A stretch of 64,000 bases of DNA, from the NCBI GenBank assembly GCA_964187785.1, contig OZ076409.1:68512001-68576000 (forward strand), written 5' to 3'. Below the pieces are notes generated by a model. That model saw only the letters and a program-made list of their open reading frames with translations. It was not told where the DNA came from and did no database searches. How positions within the stretch are numbered: the stretch's first letter is position 1; every line of letters begins with the position of its first letter. Positions 39,998 through 50,296 of the stretch are shown here, one piece after another. A program made the position numbers and the translations under genes. The stretch comes from Amphiscolops sp. MND2022 (lineage: Eukaryota).

Positions 39998-40759
39998 ATG
40001 AATTCAAGCCCAACTACCATCATCGAACAACTAGACGATGAGCGATCACTGACAGACTCCCTAATAAACGAGCTACTTCTACTGCGACACAAGTTAAACG
40101 TCACCCCTTATACCGATGAATCAACAGATTAGGACCGCATACACGAGGTAAACAAATGACTTGACGCACTGGAAATGCGTATTCTACGTATCGAAAAAAA
40201 GTCAATTCCCTGGGCTTGGAGTTTATACAGAATCATTTGGAGACTCGACCAGTTTACCGACATTCTAGAAAATGCCGAAAAATACGAAAAAAGGTTGTCT
40301 AATGTAAGAGCACCCTATTGTGACCCTAATAGCATAAAAGACCTTTGTAGCCCCATTTTTTTCTCGCAACCCTTTGACTACACTTTTCATCTACGAGCTT
40401 ACCCTTTTGGAGTCGACACTGCTAAAGGAAAATACATGTCAGTGTGCTTGGCCATTGTCCTGGGCCCTTTGACGAGATCCTCACTTGGCCTTTTCAAGAC
40501 GTCATTGAGTTACACCTTCTCGGTCAGGGAAACACATCCAAGCCTTACAAGCAGCTGATTGATTGTGACAAACAACAACAGTGAGTGCTTCAAAAAACAC
40601 ATACCTACATCAAGCAATACAGCAGTCACCATCTTGTGTTTCATCCCTCTTGATGAACTCATGAACTCCGAAAACCCTTGGCTAAAAAACGATTCCATAT
40701 TCTTCGAAGTAAAAGTAATGAAAACCCTGTATCCCCTCCTTTCATTTTATTCATTCTAA
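39998..40759 (+). pseudogene. TRAF-type protein (coiled coil + MATH domain, no RING/zinc fingers), intronless, disrupted
   Basis: ATG 39998 is in frame with ORF 40175 across TAG (40130) and TGA (40157). Motifs IIWRLDQF, SPIFFSQPFDYTFHLRAYPFG...GKYMSV, then after a frameshift near 40467 FDEILTWPF...LLGQ, then FIPLDEL...WLKNDSIFFEVKV: the canonical TRAF-C/MATH series. Confidence 0.85.
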
Positions 40760-42696
40760 ACCCCGGGTGAGTTGTTGTGTTTAACACATCTTTTTCTCCA
40801 GTTTAATATTATTAAAACATTTATAAAAAATGTTTCATCGGAGCTAGAATAAAATTATTCATTTTACGTAAACCATGTTTTTTTGTTTGTCTTAGAACAC
40901 TCAAAATAAATATCATTTACAGTTGATCTATAGCCAATATCTAGCCAAGCGTTTCCCGAGATTATCAGATAGTACGGATATGTAAATTTGGGCGAAAAAC
41001 CGAGCGCAGCACAATACGCGACCGAAGCAATCGTGTTACCTTAATAAAAAACAACACTTTAGCAGAAACAGCGGGACAAAAAATTGAAGCCAATACACTC
41101 AGAAGCAGATATCGAAACAAGAAAGAAAAAACTATTACGCGGAACTAGAATTGGAAAAATTGCAAATTGAATCCTGTACACCAATCACCAAGCGTCAGAC
41201 CCTCTAACTGAACAAGGAGTTACTTGCAAGACAGACCACATGATTAGATCGATTAGCACATTATGATAATGCTTTACAACACATTGCCCGTAGCAACATC
41301 AACTTTCCAGTTTTCTCACAAAACACAAGAAAAAAAAGGAAGATAATTCAATAAACTTAAAACCTTCTGATAATCAATTTGGAACAACCGACAATTGCCA
41401 TACTTTTGATTACAAATTGAACAGAGTGTAGAAAAAATTGTTTATGGAAATTGTAAAGATTTCGGATGCTTTCATCTGTATGAAATTCCACAGTGCTCAA
41501 AAACAATACAATTACCGTTTTAGCATTTTCTCAAAAAATATATAGTGAAAAAAAAGAATTTTCCGGTTTCTTTTGTCTTTCTTGCGGTAAACTCGAGCCT
41601 TAAGAATACGTTGTAGCTAAAATAATTTAGATCTATTGTAATCTCAGCTGGAGCCTTGTTATTGACCCTTAATATCAGTTTTTCCTTCTGAGATAACATA
41701 AATCAAGAAAAATTGTATTTGCACAAGGTTCCGATTTTTATCCGAGGACCCGTGAGTGCAATCGGAAGCAGAATCCGAGGTTATTGGATTTTTCAGCAGT
41801 ACTCGATCATACAGAAAATGATATTGAAACAAAAAGCAGCTGCAATTAGACAAGAAAGAGCGTCAATTGTGACACAACAGAGAATAAAGCGCTTCTGCAA
41901 TCAAACGTCCTATGTAGGAGCTTGACGAATTGTATTAAATAAGACAGTCAACAAAAATAGGGCTTGATCCTAAGAAAGCGTCCAGCAGAAACAATTAACC
42001 CTGATTGTTTTTCGAATCTCTCTGTCCTTGGTTTTCTGAAAACGGCAGTCTCTGAACAAAAAGTTTGCGGCGTCGAAAGCCGAAACACATTGCTTCGCTC
42101 CGCGTCCCCCTCCGCGCGAAAACAATCTGCCTTACCAGTTGAACAGCGTGCTTCAATGGAAAAAAGGCCCTTGGTTCACCTCTGTCTTGAAAGTTGTTTC
42201 ACTTGATAGAAATTTCCACTTTATCACTCCATTTAGTATGTGGATATTTTAGTCACCTTGACCCGCAGTTAGCAGAGCATCCGCCAAACAGGGGGTCGTT
42301 GGTTCGAGGAGGTCGTTGGTTCCAGGAGTCTCCGCTGTGAATTTACAAGCGTAAATGAAAGCAAATCACAACCTTTTTCGAGAGAAACGCAAAGACGAAC
42401 AAACTCAAACGTAATTAAGATGAGCTCTTGATATCACTACGTGCTTATGACAAAAACAGTCATATAACTTCAGATGTATGGGGTTCAATTACCTGTTGAA
42501 ATTCCGCAATTCTTTTCCATTTTTCTGCGCATCACTTTTGGATTTTAGGCTCTTTTCTGTTCCCCCCCCCACCGCCAAAATTTTTGAGAAAAAACCTTCC
42601 CTAAAAACTTTAGACTAGCTTAATTAAAAATAAAACCTTCTTTCATAACGGGAAGTTAACTTCTATTAGAGTAGTTTTCCGCTTGAACAAAACATT

Positions 42697-43302
42697 TGTT
42701 TTGGGGTAGCTCTCAAGCTAGAACGGGGGAACTCAAGAAGGAGTTCAAACTAGGAGATTGAGGGAACTTAAAGATAAAGTTCAAGCTAATTGATTTGATA
42801 CTTGTCTCAAGGCAAGAGGTCTGTATTTGATAACGTTTATTGACGGTATGAATGATAAATGGAAGAAGAGGAGTGAAGATTTGAAGATTGGTTGTTGACC
42901 GGTTGTTAGGGAACATAAATGACATTTACAGCCCGAGGGCAACAAAAATGTTTTAGCAGGTTGTTTATATACGTTTACACTATTGAGCATTTGAGCGGTG
43001 AATAGGTGATCATCAATCGATAAATATTATAAATGAGAAAGGAGCAATTTTATTAAGGTCGAATGTGAAGTAAAGTGATTGATCAAGTATTAAAGGTCAA
43101 AGAGTGAACAAACAAAGAAACAAAAAAGAGCACTGTCGCAGATTGGAACTCGCGCAGACCGATTTGAAGGCAAAGACTGATCCACTGTGCTAAGTGGATT
43201 GATAATCACTGCGATCATTGTGATGTCATGCGCCAACAACATTGTTCACACAATTTGACTATGATTATGTTCGTATTAAGTGTTTATTGATGACTCAAAA
43301 CA
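42697..43302 (-). repeat. Second copy of the BEL/Pao LTR
   Basis: Near-identical to 49101-49706 (about a dozen substitutions by eye) with the same TG...CA ends. Confidence 0.8.
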
Positions 43303-43624
43303 GGAAGTTGTTGATTTCTCCATCAACAATGCGTAACTACATATTGAAAAAAGTGTGAACAAAGTTTGTATCTGAATCCTAAACTATCACTCAGAGAATA
43401 AATTCAAAACTGAAGCTTTCTAGTTTGTATTCAAGTCTATGTGTTATAAGATTTTCACTAATTTTTCAAAAAAAATTGGTGGTGGGGTTAAAACAGAAAA
43501 GAGCCGGATTTTAGAGTGTTTGCTCTCAGCTGTTTGAAAGAATATGAATAGCTACCACTCGATAATAATACAAATAGTAAGTGTCATGAGTTTGAGTTTA
43601 AAGAAGATAAAATAGAATTTTGTG

Positions 43625-43690
43625 TTTCGGGGATTCGAACTTCAGACCTTCTGATGAGGGAATATTGAAATCACCACTGCACCATCATCG
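43625..43690 (-). mobile_element. tRNA-derived head (degenerate)
   Basis: Minus strand TGGTGCAGTGG...GTTCGAATCCC; no acceptor stem. Confidence 0.5.
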
Positions 43691-43769
43691 TCCATGAAGG
43701 GACTGGGTATACTTCGGGTAATTGAGTTGGGTGTGTGTAGCTGCAGAAAAATTTAAAATGTTGGCTGGT

Positions 43770-43990
43770 TTCTTTTATTCTTCTCTTTACACACTAAACC
43801 TCCTCCCTCGCCCCCCCTTCATCCCCCCGTGAGGAAGGAATCCAGATCTGAGCAAAGTTCCCTTAGGACATTGGGAACCTACTCACCAGAAGTGAGGTAG
43901 GAGTGTGGGCGTGAGCAGGGCTCGAACCACCGACCTGGTGGTTATCTAATTATCTAACTGTTGCCTCAACGTTTGCCACTAAGCCACGAC
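43770..43990 (-). mobile_element. tRNA-derived SINE-like sequence
   Basis: Minus strand: A box TGGCTTAGTGG, B box GGTTCGAGCCC, purine-rich body and A-rich tail. Confidence 0.55.
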
Positions 43991-44008
43991 ACGCAGTTTC
44001 AATGTCAT

Positions 44009-47000
44009 TCAGGCTGCTACTCTTTGTGTGCATTCAATGTTTGCCTTGTGGAGGTCATTTTCCTTAATTGGTAGACGTCTCAGCTTGCTGACAGGTCTTG
44101 TGAATTCACCGCGCGATGTTCTCATCAAAGCCACGCGAGCTAGACCATCATGACCAAGCTTCAATTGCATAACTCGACCAATACTCCACTGCAGTGGTGG
44201 AATGCCATCGTCTGTGATCAACACTACGTCATCAATTGAAAAGTTTGCACGCTCTTGTCGCCATTTGCCTCGCGGCTGAAGTGATGCTACATACTCAGAA
44301 GCCCATCGCTTCCAGAATTGAGAGAGTAGTTGTTGAAGAGCGCGAAATCGTTTTGCTGGATGCCCGCGGGCATCCATCGTCTGCAAACAGGGCTGTGGGA
44401 TAGCATCCAATCGGCTGCCATTGACTAGCATTGACGGGAACAGTACAAAGATGTCATCCGGGTTGTTTGTGAGAGCCATCAAGGGACGATTGTTCAAGAC
44501 TTGTTCTATTTGGCATAGAATGGTTGTCATCTCCTCGTAAGTGAGAATGGAATTGCCTATGACTCTACGCAAGTGGTGCTTCATCGACTTCACCGCTGCT
44601 TCCCATGATACGCCGAAGTTGGGTGAGCGAGGAGGAATGAAGAGCCATTCAATGCTGCTGTATGATTGTGCCCCTGACCGAACCACTTTTTCCACTTCAT
44701 TGAGGTCACGCCTTGCACCCACGAAGTTGGTTGCGTTGTCGGACACAATTTGACTGGGGGTTCCTCGTCTTGCAATGAATCGTCTTAGGGCTGCCACCAT
44801 CGCATCTGACGGCAATGATGATACTGCCTCTAGATGAACTGCCTTTGAAGCAAAACATATAAACAGAGCTACGTAACCCTTGACACAATCAGTTCCATTT
44901 TTAAATGTTAAAGTTCCTGCGAAGTCGAGGCCCACATAAGAGAAAGCAGGTTTGAGAACCTCAATGCGACTCGAAGGCAAGTCACCCATAAGCTGCTGCG
45001 TTGGACCTGAGTTGAATCGGAAGCACGTAACACACTTCTTGATGCAAGCTGACGCCTTCTTCATTAGCCTGAGTGATCCAGATTTGACGTCTCATTTCTG
45101 CCAGTGTTGCTGTGGGACCACCATGAAGGGTTCGTTTGTGGGCATCGTTGATTGCAAGTGTAGCCAGTTTGCTTCGGTGTGACACCAGTAAAGGAAACCG
45201 CTGATCGTCAGTCATTGAGTACCCGTAGGCCAGTCTGCCGCCGACCCTGACGATGCCGTAGTCCATCAATGGGTAAAGGGGTGCTATTGAGTTTTTCGGG
45301 TTGATCGATTCACCATTTGAGAGGGCTTTGAATTCGGCTTCAAAGTGTACCATTTGATCTGCTTTGACCACCGCATACAAGGCGAGAGCCATTTCCTCCC
45401 GGCCAAAGATCGTCTTGAGATCTTTCTTGATTGCTGCTTTGCAAATGCACAAGGTTCTTAATAACTTCAATAGTGAATTGAAATTCTCCAAGTCTACTAA
45501 CGAACTACTGGGCGAAGTTAACACTGTCAATGTTTTGATTTCTTGGCGGGCTTCCTCCTTTGTGAGGAGAGTCTGAGGTTGGTGAGGAAATGATGATTCC
45601 AACCACGATAGCCCTTGAAACCAGAACGTCTGCTGAGCCACCAATTGCGTTGCTAGCAGTCCGCGTGAGCACAGATCTGCTGGGTTTTCCTCTGAGGTTA
45701 CGTGAATGAATTCAGTTGTTGGGAGCATTGACTGAATTTGGGACACGCGGTTTGACACAAACGTATGCCATCGAGCAGGGCCTGCCTTGATCCATGAGAG
45801 GGCGATTGTTGAGTCTGAGTACAGCACAGAGATGTTCAATGCATGCTTTGATTTTGATAGTGCCCCCTTGACTGCTGTTGCAAGTTTGGCACCCGTGTGA
45901 ATTGCCAAGAGCTCGAGTCGAGGGAGAGTTGAGGGTTTGATCGGAGCCACCTTGCATTTGGAAGAGATGAGGGTTGAGGAGATGATATTATCTTTGACTG
46001 ACACCAGATAAACACAGGCACCGTATGCTTTTTCCGAGGCATCACAGAAGACTTGTAAGAATGCTTCGTCATACAAGTGGGTTGGCAGCACCATCCGGAG
46101 CATCTTGAGTTGTGATAGTGCGCTCATGTCGTCTTTCCAGCTTGTGTATGCCCGTGACACATCATCTGGGACTGCATCATTCCACCCAAGATCCAGCTTC
46201 CAGCAGTGCTGAATGATGACCTTGGCTACTACGAGAACTTTGGCTATGAGGCCATTTGGATCAAAATGCTTTGAAACATCACTGAGTTAGGTTCGTTTTG
46301 TAATGATTGAAATATACTCACTACTACTTGCGTACACAAAGTGATCCTCTGGAGGATGCCACATCAGTCCCAGTGTTTTGATTTGATGGGTTTTATCGTT
46401 GATATTGTAAGCCTTGCCAGCTTCTTGAAGGTCTTTCGAAAGGCGAGTGACCAGTTGGGGTTCGTTGCTGGTCCACTTGCGTAGTGGGAGACAGTTCTTG
46501 TTGAGGGTTTCAATCAGATTGTCTTGAAGCGCGCATGCTTCCTCCAGTGTATCAGCCCCACTCAGTAAATCATCAACCCAGAAGTCGTTGAGAATCACAT
46601 TCACTGTGTTCGGATTGGGTCCATGATTTTTGCCACTCTCTTGAAGTGCTCGGGTTGAATGGTAGGAGGAGCTGGCAACACCGTACGTCACACGGGTCAT
46701 ACGCAGTTCTCGGATCTCATCTGTCACATAGTCACGCCACAGAATTCGACGGAAGCCACGGTCTGATTTGTCTTAACCCACTTGTCGGTACATCTTTGCT
46801 ACGTCTGCCGACAAGGCATATTGGTGTAGGCGAAAGCGAATGAGAATATCAAATACATCGTCCTGCAAGCGGGGTCCAAGCAATAAGCAATCGTTCAGCG
46901 AGTTGCCATTCAGGGATTTGCTACTGGCATCGAACACGACACGGAGCTTGGTCGTTGTGCTATGCTTGAAAACACAGTGATGGGGTAAGTAGTAACACAA

Positions 47001-49035
47001 GCCTGAAGTCTGAGGAGCTTCTTCCAAGTGACAAATGTCCACAAACTCCTTGATGAAGTCACGGTACTGCTGCTTCACATCACCGTGATCCTTGAGTTTT
47101 CGCTCCAAAGCGAACAATCTCTGCTTTGCTGTGTGAAAATTGTTTGAGGGACGTGCCTCAGACTTGAAAGGGAGACGAACTGTGATGCGGCCGTCATCAG
47201 CCACATAGATCGTGGTATCGTAATGTTCCTCATATTGACGATTTTCTTTAGACATCGGCTTCACTTGAGGAATCACTTCAACTTCCCAGAAGCGAGCAAG
47301 GTCCAGTTCCGCTGCAACTTGAAAGGATTGACATTGGTAGGCACGCACTTGGGACAATACTCCAGTGACCACCCAGCCAAAGATAGACTTGCGATAGTGA
47401 AGCCCATGATCCTTCTTCCTCTCGTCCAGAAAGAGATCATCGTACACATCCGCGCCCAACAGCAATTGAACGGGGCCAGGTTGATGGAAGTTTTTGTCTG
47501 CTAGTGCTACACTTTTCATTAACTTTAATTGTTTTAAGTTAATTGATTGAGAAGGTATATTACCTGCGATTGAGTTCAGTACTATTGCTGTAATAGGCAA
47601 CTTTTATGGACCCACTAGGAGACTGACAGACTCCTTGGCTGCTTGTTGCCGTCCACCAATCCCAGAGATCTTCACGTCTACTGTTGAACGTGCATGATTG
47701 AGTTTTGATGCAGCGTCTGCTCTGATGAAGTATGTTTGAGACCCAGAGTCCAGCAAAACTCGGAACATCAATGTGTTTCCAGCTGTGTCGTCTATGCCAA
47801 CCATTGCTGTTGAGAGAAGTACAGATGGACCACTGAACGTTGCACCACTTGTCACACCACTTTGCTGCTCGACTGCACAATCAAAGTGTAGCGATGTGTG
47901 ATGCCTCCCGTTGCAAGTGCGGCTGCTGAACTTGGATGGACAGTCAGCCACAAATTGCCGCCCCAGACAATTCATGCACAGTTTGAGCTTCCTCACCACT
48001 GCCTTCTTCTCACGTGTGCCCAACTGCTTGTAGCGATCACACTGAGAGATTGAGTGTGACCCACTGCATTCTTTCATCTGACAACTCGCTGGGTGCTCAA
48101 CAGTTGAGGAGTAAGCTTCTTGATGCACCTTCTTGGGTGTCGTCTTGGGGGTAGAAACCTCAGACTGATCACCGCTGGATTCCAATGCACGACTTCGTCT
48201 GTCCATGAATGTAGTTAACTCCTTGAATGTTTAACACATCTGTGCCGGGATGAGCTAATTCAAAATGCTTCCTCGACTCGGCATTCAGTTTCTCCAACAG
48301 CCAGTACACCAATTTTGCATCCCAATGATTGACAGGCAACATCAATGCTTCTAGTGCTTGAACATGTTCGTTCGTCGACTCCAATAGCTTGCGCAGCTCA
48401 ACACTCGACTCTTTCTTGACGGCTGGTAGGGCATGGATTGCCGCTAATGGCGCCTTCACGATTGAACGCTTGTTGTTGTAGCGCTCCTCCAGCTTTCGTT
48501 TCGCGATGTCGTAGTTTGCATCAGTGACCAACAGGGATGAAACTATCTGAGCTGCATCACCCTTCAGTGACAACTTGAGGTAGGATAGCTTCTCAACATT
48601 GGTCATGTCACGTTTGCTGTCAACCAGAGTTTTGAATTGGTCCCAGAAAGAAACCCACTGTGTGTATTCACTGCTGAATGAAGGAAGGGTCAGCTTGGGG
48701 AGCTTGATTGTCAAACTGCCACTTGATGGAGCCGCCGCGCCGTTTAAGCTTGGAGGCTGCATCTCTTTTATCTTGCCCTGACACCACTTCACAGCCCTTT
48801 CGGCTGCCATGAACACGTCAGCCGCACCCTCCACATCGGCTACTAGTTCAACGTCATCAACGAGTTGTTGGATCTGCGAATCCAACTCTGTCAGCATCTT
48901 GCGATGATCAATCAGGAACTGCAATGTGGCTTGAACATCCTCGAGCGGTCCACCAGCTTGCCGGATTGCTGCTGCCCGTCTTGTGAAGACGCCGCGATGA
49001 GCCCCTCTTGACCGTTTGAGCTGAGGCAACTTCAT
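44009..49035 (-). pseudogene. BEL/Pao gag-pol polyprotein disrupted by stops and frameshifts
   Basis: Gag IKLPKLTLPSF...WVSFWDQF...EKLSYLK; degenerate zinc knuckles (CMNCLGRQFVADC, CNGRHHTSLH); protease LLDSGSQ; RT YLPHH...TTKLRVVFDAS, ADVAKMYRQV, FWVDD; RNase H VFCDASEKAYG, PRLELLA, NPADLCSRG; integrase HGG...CVTC, LDFAG, SDNATNF, WEAAVKSMK, FWKRW. Split over six ORFs in the track. Confidence 0.95.
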
Positions 49036-49082
49036 CTCACCACCAGAGCCGTCTGAACCTCCTGATCCATCTGCTGTTGACG

Positions 49083-49099
49083 TCACGTCGAGGTCACCA
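49083..49099 (-). other. Primer-binding site complementary to tRNA-Trp 3' end
   Basis: Minus strand reads TGGTGACCTCGACGTGA, 1 nt after the LTR end. Eukaryotic tRNA-Trp ends ...TCACGTCGGGGTCACCA (16/17; the mismatch is a G-U wobble). Confidence 0.85.
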
Positions 49100-49100
49100 A

Positions 49101-49706
49101 TGTTTTGGGGTAGCTCTCAAGCTAGAACGGGGGAACTCAAGAAGGAGTTCAAACTAGGAGATTGAGGGAACTTAAAGATAAAGTTCAAGCTAATTGATTT
49201 GAATCTTGTCTCAAGGCAAGAGGTCTGTATTTGATAACGTTTATTGACGGTATGAATGATAAATGAAAGAAGAAGAGTGAAGATTTGAAGACTGGTTGTT
49301 GACCGGTTGTTAGGGAACAAAAATGACATTTACAGCCCGAGGGCAACAAAAATGTTTTAGCAGGTTGTTTATATACGTTTACACTATTGAGCATTTGAGC
49401 GGTGAATAGGTGATCATCAATCGATAAATATTATAAATGAGAAAGGAGCAATATTATTAAGGTCGAATGTAAAGTAAAGTGATTGATCAAGTATAAAAGG
49501 TCAATGAGTGAACAAACAAAGAAACAAAAAAGAGCACTGTCGCAGATTGGAACTCGCGCAGACCGATTCGAAGGCAAAGACTGATCCACTGTGCTAAGTG
49601 GACTGATAATTACTGCGATCATTGTGATGTCATGCGCCAACAACATTGTTCACACAATTTGACTATGATTATGTTCGTATTAAGTGTTTATTGATGACTC
49701 AAAACA
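49101..49706 (-). repeat. 5' LTR of the BEL/Pao element (~606 bp)
   Basis: Ends TGTTTTG...CAAAACA form a 7-bp terminal inverted repeat. TATA-like (TATATAAA) and AATAAA motifs on the minus strand. Abuts the PBS. Confidence 0.8.
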
Positions 49707-50038
49707 GGAAGTTGTTGATTTCTCCATCAAAATTGCGTAACTACATTTTGAAAAAAGTGTGAACAAAGTTTGTATCTGAATCCTAAACTATCACCCAGAG
49801 AATAAATTTAAAACTGAAGCTTTCCGGTTTGTATTCAAGTCTATGTGTTATAAGATTTCCACTTATTTTTCAAAAAAAATTTGGTGGTGGGGGGAAAACA
49901 GAAAAAAGCCGGATTTTAGAGTGTTTGCTCTCAGCTGTTCTCGAACTAGCAAGATCTCTCGTTGCGGCATGTGTATCGTAATGCTCAATTGGACAAACAC
50001 GTGGAATTGGAATCATCGAAGTAAAGTAAAATTTGAAT

Positions 50039-50296
50039 AACAAGACCCCCGCTAAGAACCAGGGTATTTTCCGCTACGCAGCAGCACGGGTTCGAACCCA
50101 CGAGGCAGACACACTACCAACTGAGCTAAAGTTACTAAATTAGATACTAACTGAAGTGGATGGTGATCGGGAGATCGTGGAGATTTGGCAGAATTAGTAA
50201 AATAAAACGCAACACAGATTATGATTTTCCTCCCCCATTCACAAATAAATTTGTGGGGCGGAAAATAACAAATAAGTTTGTGGGGGCGGAAAATAA
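50039..50296 (-). mobile_element. HINE family B with internal tRNA-like A/B boxes
   Basis: Same subTIR (TATTTTCCGC) and GTCTTGTT end as the long HINE. Minus-strand A box TAGCTCAGTTGG (50117-50128) and B box GGTTCGAACCC (50088-50098). Confidence 0.7.

Larger units (their letters stand above)
42697..49939 (-). mobile_element. BEL/Pao LTR retrotransposon, degenerate
   Basis: Direct repeats at 42697-43534 and 49101-49939, a tRNA PBS, and gag-PR-RT-RH-IN order on the minus strand with BEL-type motifs. Confidence 0.95.

Noticed and set aside
43651..43675. Hammerhead ribozyme core (CTGATGA...GAAA)
   Set aside because: No helix II or flanking helices. It is the antisense of a tRNA-like head.
43799..43830. 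Polypurine tract of the BEL element
   Set aside because: Not adjacent to an LTR start; better explained as SINE body.
37857..49939. Env gene as part of the neighbouring BEL/Pao element (Anakin-like)
   Set aside because: The env is on the opposite strand and outside both LTR copies.
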